Assembly (NCBI GenBank): GCA_037310415.1
Contig: CP147780.1
Location: forward strand, 1,760,001 to 1,824,000
DNA from: Candidatus Atabeyarchaeum deiterrae
GTDB taxonomy: Archaea; Asgardarchaeota; Atabeyarchaeia; Atabeyarchaeales; Atabeyarchaeaceae
Reading direction: 5' to 3'
DNA: 64,000 nt
The notes below the pieces were generated by a model, which saw nothing but the letters and a program-made list of their open reading frames with translations, searched no databases and had not been told where the DNA came from. Made by a program: the position numbers and the translations under genes. Positions 1 to 9,137 of this stretch are shown in pieces; position 1 is the first letter of the stretch, and every line of letters begins with the position of its first letter.

Positions 1-1
1 C

Positions 2-604
2 TAGCAGCAAAGATTGCACTGAAGCAGGAATTGGGAACAGAAAGAATGCCACCATTACCGCGACAAACGTCATTGCCATTACCGCCAGCGAGCCTTCAAC
101 ACTTTTGGTCTTGCCACCCCATACACTGAACCTGTTCCTCCCTAGGGGTCGACCCACAACCTCTCCAGCACCATCTCCCCATGATACCGCCAGAATTGAC
201 GAAACGAAGATGAATGGAATATCTACGAATATCAGGAAGACGGTGGCGAAAACAACAAGAGAGAAAAATGCTACAAGAAAAGTCCCCAGCTTGCTCTCCC
301 CTTTTCTGGTGCCTGCTGACAGAACCAGCCCTTTGAGATCGAGACCGAGAAAAGAACATCCAAAAAGAACAACAAGAAACACTCCGAGAGCTATCGCAGG
401 GGCCGTTAGACTGCTGAAGAAAGGAAGCGACAACGCAATTAGGGAACTCACCGCTATGTGAGTGAATTTTCGCGGAATCCACTTCTTGTAACCGCGTCTC
501 GCAAGCGTTAAAGAAATCGCTATCGACAAAAAACCAATGGCGTCTATGATGATGATTAGGACTACGTCCAAGGATGTCAACGGTAGGAACCATAGCTGCA
601 CCAT
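2..604 (-). CDS. Phytol/dolichol kinase-like membrane protein (SEC59/DGK1/VTE5 family), runs off the window edge
   Basis: Not in the ORF track. Manual translation from ATG at 604 gives MVQLWFLP...PRKFTHI...SWGDGAGEVVGRPLGRNR...GGKTKSVEGS. RKxxH, GDG-x4-G and KSVEGS are family motifs, and there are several hydrophobic helices. Confidence 0.8.
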   Translation of the reverse strand, partial: MVQLWFLPLTSLDVVLIIIIDAIGFLSIAISLTLARRGYKKWIPRKFTHIAVSSLIALSLPFFSSLTAPAIALGVFLVVLFGCSFLGLDLKGLVLSAGTRKGESKLGTFLVAFFSLVVFATVFLIFVDIPFIFVSSILAVSWGDGAGEVVGRPLGRNRFSVWGGKTKSVEGSLAVMAMTFVAVMVAFFLFPIPASVQSLLL

Positions 605-785
605 ACTCAAATTCGCCTCGATTTTATTGTCCCCGGCAGTTGGCTTCTCGAAGAGCGTTCATTCTCCGAAGGATCACTTTCATCTATTATCCCGCAACAG
701 ATATTTCCGCTTTTCTAATCGTAAATTCAGCATTGAATCCGTTTTGCGAGAATGTTCGGTGGAAATGCGGATTTCGATCCATATA

Positions 786-1604
786 TCAGGCAAACCACTG
801 ATCAATGAATTTCAATATGGCGTCATTAAACTCATCTGGTTTCTCCATCATAGCCATGTGTCCTGCATCGGGAATCGTCACAAGCTTTGACCCTTTGATC
901 TGTTCGTGGAGATATTTTGCCATGTCTTGAGGGGTCATCCTATCATCGAGTCCAACAATAATCAGTGTCGGAACTGCAATCTGCTTGATTTTCTTGCTAA
1001 GATCTAACTTGCCAATGGCCGAAAAGTCATCGGCTATAACCCTAAAATCGAAATTCGCGCCCTGCAGTGAAACAAGCTCCTGAAGAAGCGCTGGATTGTT
1101 CAAGATCGTCTTCTCTGAAAACGCCATATACAATAAATCCCTCGGATCAAACCCCTCACTAAGGACAAACTTCGGATATTCACTTGGAACACTGAATCTA
1201 GCGCCACTCTCAGCTATGATTATCTTGTCGCATAACTCAGGGTGCTTCAAAGCCAGTTGCTGAACTACAAGGCCTCCCATCGAGTGACCCACTATTACGG
1301 CCTTATCGAGTTTCATTTGTTTCATGAATGCCGCAACGTGGTCGACGTATCCTTCAATTGAAACTTTTTCTTTTAGGCGCTCCGACTTCCCGTGTCCAGG
1401 CAGATCGATCGCTATGACTCTGCGGTTCTTTGACAGTCCAGAGAACTGTCTGACCCAGTAACCTCCGAAGCCTCCGGCCCCGTGTATCAGAATCAAGGCT
1501 TTTCCTTTCCCTTTTTCCTCATAGAATGTCTTCAAACCATTAACAAGAATGAAAGGCATAACGGACACACATCCCACTACTTGGCTTTTAGCACAGTTCA
1601 TCAA
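786..1604 (-). CDS. Alpha/beta hydrolase (probable start 1559)
   Basis: HGAGG, DLPGHG, GHSMGG nucleophile elbow, C-terminal AGH. Confidence 0.9.
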   Translation of the reverse strand: MMNCAKSQVVGCVSVMPFILVNGLKTFYEEKGKGKALILIHGAGGFGGYWVRQFSGLSKNRRVIAIDLPGHGKSERLKEKVSIEGYVDHVAAFMKQMKLDKAVIVGHSMGGLVVQQLALKHPELCDKIIIAESGARFSVPSEYPKFVLSEGFDPRDLLYMAFSEKTILNNPALLQELVSLQGANFDFRVIADDFSAIGKLDLSKKIKQIAVPTLIIVGLDDRMTPQDMAKYLHEQIKGSKLVTIPDAGHMAMMEKPDEFNDAILKFIDQWFA

Positions 1605-1893
1605 CTTTTCGTTTATGTTTTATCTCACAATCGCAGTGCCCATAGAATATCGTGATAAGAGTTCTCATCGTAGTAATCATGCTCCTTCTCTGGGTGATTC
1701 GGGTACCATACTTGTACGAAGAACGAACTGCGCCCAGCGACTTCATCGCGGTTCCAAGGCGGCGCAGTGAATGGAGCTTGGGAACACCAGGAAGTTGCCC
1801 CGTAAAGGAGACACGGGGACGCAACGAAATGACAATGAGAACTCATCGCGCTCTTCCTCAGTCTCATTGAGAATTGGGTCTCCTCTAGCTCTT

Positions 1894-3039
1894 TCAAGGG
1901 TTGATTATTGGATACTTTCCGAACTTCTGTCCCTCCCTGAACAACGCCATTATGTTGTCTGGTGGAACGTCGGGTTGGAGGTTATGGGCTGCTGCAAGAA
2001 TGTAACCGCCCCCAGGCGCCAAGTCAACTATCCTCCTTCTTACCTCTTCCTCTACATCCTTTGTCGAACCCTTGGGTAGAACGTATTGAATGTCAACTCC
2101 TCCGTGATAACAGACCCTCTTATCATACTTCTCGACCAGATGACGAGAGTCCATGTCTTTCGCTTTGGGCTGAATAGGGTTAAGAATGTCCACTCCCACT
2201 TCAGCCAAGTCTCCTATTATTGGTTCGACTGAGCCGCAGCTGTGAAGTTGAACCTTGGCGTTCTTTGCCTCCTTCTTTACGAGCGCTATAAGTTCCCGCA
2301 ACTTTGGTTTCACAAACCTTTTCCATAGGGTTGGAGATATGAGCAATCCATTTTGGTAGCCATAATCATCTGCGCAAAGAACCACTGTTGCGTGATCTCC
2401 CACCTCATTTAGATAAGGTTGCCAGAATCGCTTATTGATCTCTAAGGTCTTGTCCAACACCGCTTCAGCTAACTCTGGATTGGCGGCGAGATCGTAGTAG
2501 AACTTCGTGAATCCTCTTAGCCAAACGGCGAATTCCATTATCCCTCCAAGGAAGACGTCTGCAGTCACCGCATAGCCTTTCTCAAGCAAGCTTTTCGCTT
2601 GTTTGCGCAAACCATTAAAGCGTGCCTCATGCGGCTGAGGTCCCTCGTAAGCCTCCACGTCCTTATTGGTCTTAGCTCTGTAGAGTGGCGATTTGTCTTC
2701 TACAAATTCATAGTAGTAACCATGATACTGTTTCTTCAGCATGAGTCCGAACTCATTGACTATCCAGCCTTCTCCGCGTTTCACTTCGTCCTCTCTTGGT
2801 GGGTTGGGTCTTATGTGCCTGAAATCGACCCCCAACTGCTCGAGAACTCGCTCATCTATTCCAACCAATCCCTGCATTACGTCCCAGATCTTCGACTCCA
2901 CTCCGCTGAGCTTCAGGTACTTCAGCAAGTTGTCATAGGCGGTCTTGGTTATTCCGCTTATCGGTCCTCCAAGGTCTATTGGAACCCTGTCAGGCTCCTT
3001 CTTGTTTATCGTTTTCAGCACTCTTTCCAAGTGCTCCAA
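1894..3039 (-). CDS. Uroporphyrinogen decarboxylase-family methyltransferase (MtaA/CmuA-like)
   Basis: EPDRVP, DDYG, LHSCG zinc motif, GGGYIL...HNLQPDVP; adjacent to a corrinoid protein. Confidence 0.85.
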   Translation of the reverse strand: MEHLERVLKTINKKEPDRVPIDLGGPISGITKTAYDNLLKYLKLSGVESKIWDVMQGLVGIDERVLEQLGVDFRHIRPNPPREDEVKRGEGWIVNEFGLMLKKQYHGYYYEFVEDKSPLYRAKTNKDVEAYEGPQPHEARFNGLRKQAKSLLEKGYAVTADVFLGGIMEFAVWLRGFTKFYYDLAANPELAEAVLDKTLEINKRFWQPYLNEVGDHATVVLCADDYGYQNGLLISPTLWKRFVKPKLRELIALVKKEAKNAKVQLHSCGSVEPIIGDLAEVGVDILNPIQPKAKDMDSRHLVEKYDKRVCYHGGVDIQYVLPKGSTKDVEEEVRRRIVDLAPGGGYILAAAHNLQPDVPPDNIMALFREGQKFGKYPIINP

Positions 3040-3043
3040 GGTC

Positions 3044-3697
3044 TCAACTCTCCAAGAATTTATTGCAGAGCCTTATAGCTTCCATGGGATCTTTCCCATA
3101 GGCGTCGGCTCCGATCTCCTTTGCGAAAGATTCGTTAACAGCCCCGCCACCGATTACTACTTTGACTTTGCTTCTCAATCCATGCTTCTTCAGCTCTTCG
3201 ATGACTACCGTCATTTCACCCCTGGTTGTGGACAGTAGCGCTGACATTCCAAGCACCTTGGCATTTTCCTTGCGAATAGTTTCGACAAATGTCTCAGGTG
3301 GTACATCATTACCTAGGTCAATCACGTTGAAGCCGGCTGGTCGGAGCATTAATGCTAGGATGTTCTTGCCGAGATCGTGTAGATCTCCTCTTACTGTTCC
3401 CAGGACTATCTTACCACCAGTCTTCGACGATGCACGGGGCTTCAGGACAGGACTAAGTAGATCTAGGACCTTCTGAGCCATCGTTCCTGCAAAGACCAAT
3501 TCAGGGAGGTAGTAGAGTCCTTTCTCATATTTCTCTCCGATTACTCTGAAAGATTCTGAAATGCTCTTGACAAGATTTTCGGAATCTACTTTAGCTTTGA
3601 CGCATTTCTTGGCAACATCTAGCGCTTCTGACTCGTTCGCCTTATCGACTCCTCTTATTAGCGCTTCTTTGAGTCTGGTGGCTAGATCGTCACTCAT
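3044..3697 (-). CDS. Corrinoid (B12-binding) protein
   Basis: GDLHDLGKN (DxHxxG), SALL, VIGGG; N-terminal cap domain. Confidence 0.92.
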   Translation of the reverse strand: MSDDLATRLKEALIRGVDKANESEALDVAKKCVKAKVDSENLVKSISESFRVIGEKYEKGLYYLPELVFAGTMAQKVLDLLSPVLKPRASSKTGGKIVLGTVRGDLHDLGKNILALMLRPAGFNVIDLGNDVPPETFVETIRKENAKVLGMSALLSTTRGEMTVVIEELKKHGLRSKVKVVIGGGAVNESFAKEIGADAYGKDPMEAIRLCNKFLES

Positions 3698-3747
3698 CGT
3701 TCTTACACTCCGAGTTGCTTGAGTAAGAAGGGTTAACGCGGCCCCTC

Positions 3748-4395
3748 TTAGGTCACTTGAAACTCCTCGTTCTCTCCGAGCACCAGCACCTTGATTTTCG
3801 ACTTGGACTCGACTGCCTTCTTGAACTCATTGGGGTCTGTTTTCCAACGGTGCATCGGCACCGCAATCTTAGGCTTCAGAGCAAGCGCGGCTTCTGCGGC
3901 TTCCGCGTTGTCCATTGTGTACGTGTCTCCGCTTGGGAGCAGTGCGACATCGACTTTGCCAAGCTGGTTCATCTCAGGAATGAAGTCAGTGTCTCCTGCC
4001 TGGTAGATCACTTTTCCTTCGGCTACAATGAGGTAGCCAACTCCCAACCCCTTTTTGTGGAAAGGATTTCCAGGCGATCTGAATCGCTTATAGTTGTAGG
4101 CCTCAACGGCTTTGATCTTCACGTCCCCGACGATTAACTCCTCGTCTGGCTTCATACTCGTGACTTTTCCTCCGATCTTCAATGCGCAATCGGCAGGAGC
4201 GATCACCACGGTGTCTGCCTTGCGAACTTGTTTGATTTTCGCAGGGTCGCAGTGATCTGTGTGCGAGTGACTTATCAGTATGATGTCCGCTTTCTCAGAC
4301 GGGTTGCCATATTCCTCCAGATCAGTGTAGATTACTTTTCCCGCAGCTTTGATCTGGAAGCTGGCATGAGCCAACCATTTGATTGAGATTGTCAC
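3748..4395 (-). CDS. MBL-fold metallohydrolase (UlaG-like)
   Basis: WLAHAS, HSHTDH, AGDT, PMH motifs. Confidence 0.88.
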   Translation of the reverse strand: MTISIKWLAHASFQIKAAGKVIYTDLEEYGNPSEKADIILISHSHTDHCDPAKIKQVRKADTVVIAPADCALKIGGKVTSMKPDEELIVGDVKIKAVEAYNYKRFRSPGNPFHKKGLGVGYLIVAEGKVIYQAGDTDFIPEMNQLGKVDVALLPSGDTYTMDNAEAAEAALALKPKIAVPMHRWKTDPNEFKKAVESKSKIKVLVLGENEEFQVT

Positions 4396-4521
4396 GATAG
4401 GACTCCTCCTCTCAGCTAATGGAGATCTACACCTCTATCCCTAAAAGGCTGACCATCGCGACTGGTTGAAAATAGGTTTATTAAGTCGGAATGAAAGACA
4501 CTGGTATTCATTCGGGATCAG

Positions 4522-5352
4522 GTGACTCGAGAGTGTTATGAAATGCCAATTCTGGGTATTGACTATGATAATTGTGTCAACTGTGGCGCTTGTCTATCAA
4601 TTTGTCCAGCGAGGCTTTTCAGCAGGGACGAGAAGAAGGATCGAGTAGTATTCCAAGACCCGCAAAGACGGTGCATCTTGTGCGGTCATTGCATTGCGGG
4701 ATGCGCAGAAAACGCGATACTTCACAAAGGCATAGGTGAATCGTTCACCTTCGACGGAGTTGAGAGACCCGAGACCATACTTTCTTATGACTCCCTCTGC
4801 AACCTATTAGAGGCGCACCGCTCTGTCCGCAAATACAAGAAAGACAAGGTCCCCCCCAATATCCTAGGAAAGGTTTTTCATGCTATGCAATATGCTCCCA
4901 CAGCCATGAATCTCAGATCAGAGAACATCTCAGTTCTTTCAAATGAAGAGAAAATAAGAGCATTGTCAGATGCAGTTCAAAAAGAATTGCTTAGTAATCC
5001 CCAAGTCAAGGCGATCTACGGTGAAGTATTCACACGTCTTGCAAAAGAATTCAGGAGTCCCATCTATTACGATGCTCCTCACGTGATCTTTGTGTCTTCG
5101 AGCATGGGAGTAGCAGGTGAGAGCAACACCATTGGAATCATTATCACTTATGGAAGACTAGCCGCACAGACACTAGGTCTGGGCACATGCTGGAATGGCT
5201 GGACTCAAGCTGCGATTGACCTCAATCCCAAGATTAAGGAGATGGCAGGCGTCCAAGGAAGAAAGATTGGGGTGTTCACTCTGGGCTATCCCGATGTGAC
5301 CTATTATCGCGTTCCCCCTCGTTTGCTCAAGCCAATCAAAGACCTGCAATGA
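4522..5352 (+). CDS. Nitroreductase family protein with N-terminal 2x[4Fe-4S] domain (probable start 4543)
   Basis: CVNCGACLSICP and CILCGHCIAGC; RSVRKY, APTAMN, GLGTCW, LGYP. Confidence 0.9.
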   Translation: MTRECYEMPILGIDYDNCVNCGACLSICPARLFSRDEKKDRVVFQDPQRRCILCGHCIAGCAENAILHKGIGESFTFDGVERPETILSYDSLCNLLEAHRSVRKYKKDKVPPNILGKVFHAMQYAPTAMNLRSENISVLSNEEKIRALSDAVQKELLSNPQVKAIYGEVFTRLAKEFRSPIYYDAPHVIFVSSSMGVAGESNTIGIIITYGRLAAQTLGLGTCWNGWTQAAIDLNPKIKEMAGVQGRKIGVFTLGYPDVTYYRVPPRLLKPIKDLQ

Positions 5353-5395
5353 TAAGGATCAGAGTCCGCGTGCGCTGTAGTTCGCTTGACTGGCG

Positions 5396-6283
5396 TCATT
5401 TAAGGTGGTTTCTCTGTTCTAGAAGCCCTATTCTTTCTGTCGCCCTTTCCGTATACCCTCGGTTGATATCGATGCCTATGAAGTGTCTGCCTGTCTTCAT
5501 GGCCGCCACACATGTGGCCCCTACACCGCAGAACGGATCCAACACTATTTCTCCCTCAAATGTGTAAAGCTGTATGCACCTGTAGGGCAGTTCTACTGGG
5601 AATGGGGCAGGATGGCCTACCTTTTCAGCTGATTCAGGTTGGAAGACCCATACACTTTTCGTGAATTCAAGGAATTCGTCCTTCGATATTGTTGCTTTCT
5701 TTTCTTTGCGGTCTCTCGAGAATCTCCCCTTCGAAAAAACCAGAATATACTCGTGTGTGTCTCTGAGAGTTGGGTTGGTGGCCGAAAGCCAGCTTCCCCA
5801 TGCAGTGGAGGCGCCAGCGCTTGCGCCTTTGTTCCATATTATCTCTCCTCTCATCAAGAAGCCAATGTCGTGCATCACGTCAATGATAAACTTGTGGTGT
5901 GGAATGTAAGGCTTCCTTCCAACGTTGGCGATGTTGACGCAAGTCCTTCCTCCATTAACCAACACTCTGTGCGTCTCGGAGAAAACGTCCTTAAGCAGCG
6001 ATAGGTACTCGGTCAAGTTCAGATCTTTGTCATATTCTTTGCCTACATTATAGGGCGGAGAAGTAACCATTAGATGAACACAGCTGTCGGGGATGCTATT
6101 CATTCTTCTTGAGTCTTGGCATAGAATCTTGTCAAGAACATCAGCTGGAGCGGGATTCTCGACCTCTTCTCCAGTTTCATCAATTTCGAGACCAGCGTAT
6201 AGTTTGCTGCTGTAGAAAGGGGTGGAATCGTGACCTTCGCGTTTTGACACACCAAACTTGCTTGTCCTAGTTCTCCCGCCCAT
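5396..6283 (-). CDS. Beta-class N4/N6 DNA methyltransferase (orphan)
   Basis: TSPPY catalytic motif precedes HPAPFP and LDPFCGVG SAM-binding motif. Confidence 0.92.
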   Translation of the reverse strand: MGGRTRTSKFGVSKREGHDSTPFYSSKLYAGLEIDETGEEVENPAPADVLDKILCQDSRRMNSIPDSCVHLMVTSPPYNVGKEYDKDLNLTEYLSLLKDVFSETHRVLVNGGRTCVNIANVGRKPYIPHHKFIIDVMHDIGFLMRGEIIWNKGASAGASTAWGSWLSATNPTLRDTHEYILVFSKGRFSRDRKEKKATISKDEFLEFTKSVWVFQPESAEKVGHPAPFPVELPYRCIQLYTFEGEIVLDPFCGVGATCVAAMKTGRHFIGIDINRGYTERATERIGLLEQRNHLK

Positions 6284-6347
6284 TGAGAAATGAGCACTCC
6301 TATTTGTACATGTATTGTTCTCCCTGTGTCGGTATTACGGCTAATGC

Positions 6348-7250
6348 CTATGCTTGCGCTCTGAGCTTCTGTTTTGTGAGTTCATTATCATCTATGCGCT
6401 GGCTGCACACTGGGCAGCGATCCTTCACGTGCAACCATTCAAGCAGGTGAACTTTATGTGCGATATTCCCGCAGTGAGGGCATCTCAGAATCGGATCTCC
6501 CAGTTTGAAATTCAAGTTGCAAACAATGCATTTCCTGTCAGTCACACTTATCTTCTCTTCTTTAGCAGGAACTGCCGCGCGTGCACGCTTCCCTGCCTTT
6601 CTCTCCCTGATTACTATGACGGGTTGTTCAACTCGCGCAGGCTGGCGGCCTGCGGTAGAGCGCTGTGCTCCCTTTGGAAACTGTTCTCTTGGCTGACTTA
6701 ACTCGAGTTGCTCTTCCTGCAAGCTTGCTCCACAATTCATGCAGAAGAGAGCGCCAGGGAATTGCACCTCTGTGCCGCAGTAGGGACAAGCCGCGAGTCT
6801 TTCCGGACGCATACGGGAAGCGATATTTCGAGCTGTATCAGAAGCGGCTCGTGTCTCACTGACAGAGACTTCAGGAATATTCTCGTTCTCTATCATTGAG
6901 GCAAGCTGAGGGTTGAGTCTGACCGCTTCATCATAGCACTTGGCAGCGTCCTCATGCCTGCCAAGCTTGCTCAATGCAATGCCTTTCTGGAACCATGCTT
7001 TCTCATACCTCGGATCTATTCCGAGCGCTTGGTCAAACACTTTCAACGCTGCTTCAAACCTGTTAAGACTGATTAGAGAGACACCTTTGTTGTAGTAGGC
7101 AACGGTGTACTGGGGGTCCTCTTCTATCGCCCTGTTGTAGCTTTCTACTGCTTCATTATAGGCGCCGATGTTGTCAAAGTTGATGCCTTCATAGAACCAC
7201 TTCACAGCATTAGATCTAGGCACCGAGTCGGTCCTCCTCACCAGCATCAT
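6348..7250 (-). CDS. TPR + zinc-ribbon + RING-variant protein (candidate E3 ligase)
   Basis: About three TPRs (AYYNKG, AWFQKG); CPYC..CMNC; C-terminal CIVC-x12-CPHC-x4-HKVHLLEW-x6-CPVC. Confidence 0.75.
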   Translation of the reverse strand: MMLVRRTDSVPRSNAVKWFYEGINFDNIGAYNEAVESYNRAIEEDPQYTVAYYNKGVSLISLNRFEAALKVFDQALGIDPRYEKAWFQKGIALSKLGRHEDAAKCYDEAVRLNPQLASMIENENIPEVSVSETRAASDTARNIASRMRPERLAACPYCGTEVQFPGALFCMNCGASLQEEQLELSQPREQFPKGAQRSTAGRQPARVEQPVIVIRERKAGKRARAAVPAKEEKISVTDRKCIVCNLNFKLGDPILRCPHCGNIAHKVHLLEWLHVKDRCPVCSQRIDDNELTKQKLRAQA

Positions 7251-7297
7251 TTCTGAGAAGCTGATTAGCTTGGTCTGCTCTTAATTCCCTCTATCTC

Positions 7298-8032
7298 TCA
7301 CGTTGAGAACTCTCTGATATATCCTTCTATGTACTTTCTCACTTTATCCTTTCCTCTGTAAACCCCGAAATGCCCTTCGCATAATGCGTCTGCATTTAGG
7401 TCTCTCTCCTTCTTCAGTGACTCCACGAACTGTCTTCTATCAGAACCAAGTTCCTCGAAAATGGGACCGTGAACATCTTGAGCGAAGATGACTCTCTCTC
7501 CTAGGATATCTATGTAGAGGCATATTCCGCCGGGAGTGTGTCCAGGTACATGGAGGACGTTCATATGATGCTTGCCAATTGCCAAGGTTTCGTTAGGTTT
7601 GGAGAGTTTCACGTCAACTTCCACTGGTTCGTACGTCACATTGTATAAGTCTGCTCCCGTTTCAACGCCTCCCTTTTCAATCGACTCGGAGTCAGGCGTG
7701 TGAGCATAAACCCTGAATTGTAGTAGTTTCTTTAGTCTCGCAGAGTTGCCAATATGATCTATGTGACAATGTGTGATGATGTGGTGAGTTACATCCATTG
7801 GATCAAAACCTGCGCTCTCGATGTTCTCCAAGATTCTCTCAGGGTCCGCGAGACCAGAATCTATTAACATGAGTTCGTCATTCCCACAGTCAATTAAGTA
7901 AACCATACAGTCGCCGCTACTCGAAATACCTTCTCCGCCAACACAATAAACATCGTTGGTCACTTTGAAGGGGCGAGCCATATGCCTCCACACCTCACCA
8001 CCATTACATGTGCAAGGCGGTCTCCTCTCCAC
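7298..8032 (-). CDS. MBL-fold metallohydrolase (probable start 7981)
   Basis: THCHIDH, PGHTPG, QD, GH motifs. Confidence 0.88.
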   Translation of the reverse strand: MERRPPCTCNGGEVWRHMARPFKVTNDVYCVGGEGISSSGDCMVYLIDCGNDELMLIDSGLADPERILENIESAGFDPMDVTHHIITHCHIDHIGNSARLKKLLQFRVYAHTPDSESIEKGGVETGADLYNVTYEPVEVDVKLSKPNETLAIGKHHMNVLHVPGHTPGGICLYIDILGERVIFAQDVHGPIFEELGSDRRQFVESLKKERDLNADALCEGHFGVYRGKDKVRKYIEGYIREFST

Positions 8033-8073
8033 CTTTTTCGCATTTACTATTCTTAACTATTCTCTGCGCACGG

Positions 8074-8868
8074 CTAGCCTACAAGTAACTGTGTCAAGTA
8101 CATTGCAACTAGACCCATCGTTAAACCCACCAAGGGCAAGTGCCTGTGCTCCTTTGTGTACACTATCGGCGCGAGTTCGAAGACGACATATATTATGGCT
8201 CCAGCCGCGAGCGCAAAGAAGAACGCTGCCAACGCCACAGAGTAAAACGCCGCACCAATAACTGACCCCAGCACTGCAGGCGCTCCCGCTAGGGACCCCA
8301 TAAGGATCGGATCCCTCAATCTCAAGACCCCCTTTGGAAGGGGCGCAACTATGCCGAATCCCTCAGTTCCATTATGGAGGGCGAACCCCACGATGAGTAG
8401 ATAGCTCAAAGTGATTTGTCCTGCCGCGTATGCTGAGCCTATTGCCAGTCCTTCTCCCAGGTTATGCAGACCTATTCCTAGGGAAATCATGTACGCAAGG
8501 GAGATCCTGTTCTTCATCGTCGCCTTTTCTTCGTTTCTCTCAACTACTTCTACATGGTAGCCCTTATGAGGTCTTCGACCTCTCGCTCGGATCGCTTCAT
8601 ATAGCGTTAGGCCAAGCAACCCAACTATCAACCCTGACAACACGAGTATTGTCCCAAACGCCATGTCCAGTGATCCGGCCAGAGAGCCCGCCTCATGGAA
8701 GACATCGGCAAACAAGAAGATAAGAATGCCAAGAGCGAAGCTTATTAGAATTATTCTCGTAGAAGCTCCGGATTTCCTAATAGCTCCTAATGGAATTATG
8801 CCGAGGTAAACTGGAATGAGCGAAGCAATTACTCCTAGCAGAGCAGCATAGACCAAGTCAACACTCAT
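8074..8868 (-). CDS. ZIP family metal transporter
   Basis: IGLHNLGEGLAIG and LHNGTEG signature; multiple TM helices. Confidence 0.92.
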   Translation of the reverse strand: MSVDLVYAALLGVIASLIPVYLGIIPLGAIRKSGASTRIILISFALGILIFLFADVFHEAGSLAGSLDMAFGTILVLSGLIVGLLGLTLYEAIRARGRRPHKGYHVEVVERNEEKATMKNRISLAYMISLGIGLHNLGEGLAIGSAYAAGQITLSYLLIVGFALHNGTEGFGIVAPLPKGVLRLRDPILMGSLAGAPAVLGSVIGAAFYSVALAAFFFALAAGAIIYVVFELAPIVYTKEHRHLPLVGLTMGLVAMYLTQLLVG

Positions 8869-8949
8869 AATCGATTAACGCCTCCAATTGACTTCCGTTG
8901 AATTCCTCTAGCGACAAGACCAATTCTCCCTTTGTTTCGTATACGCCAT

Positions 8950-8985
8950 TGCTCTAGATAAAGTAGAGCATCAATGCTATTTATA
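8950..8985 (-). promoter_or_regulatory. Candidate TATA box (TATAAATA on minus strand) and 7-7-7 inverted repeat operator upstream of the ZIP gene
   Basis: TGCTCTA-gataaag-TAGAGCA at 8950-8970, just downstream (minus sense) of TATAAATA at 8985-8978. Confidence 0.4.
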
Positions 8986-9137
8986 CGATAGAAGGAGACA
9001 GATCTTAGAAATCGCCCCAGCGTGCACGTGGATAAGGCTGACCACAGAGCACACTGACATTTAAATAGCTATATCACTGTTTTTGGTTCAACAATAACTC
9101 CTGGTGGGATAGATGGAATTAAGAGGGGAAACAAACC

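Noticed and set aside
96-593. ORF-track ORFs 96..593(-) and 105..461(+)
   Set aside because: They are shadows of the real kinase-like gene in another minus frame (604 to the window edge).
1625-1897. 90-aa ORF containing VQVWYP
   Set aside because: A single short motif with atypical composition is insufficient to call a gene or pseudogene.
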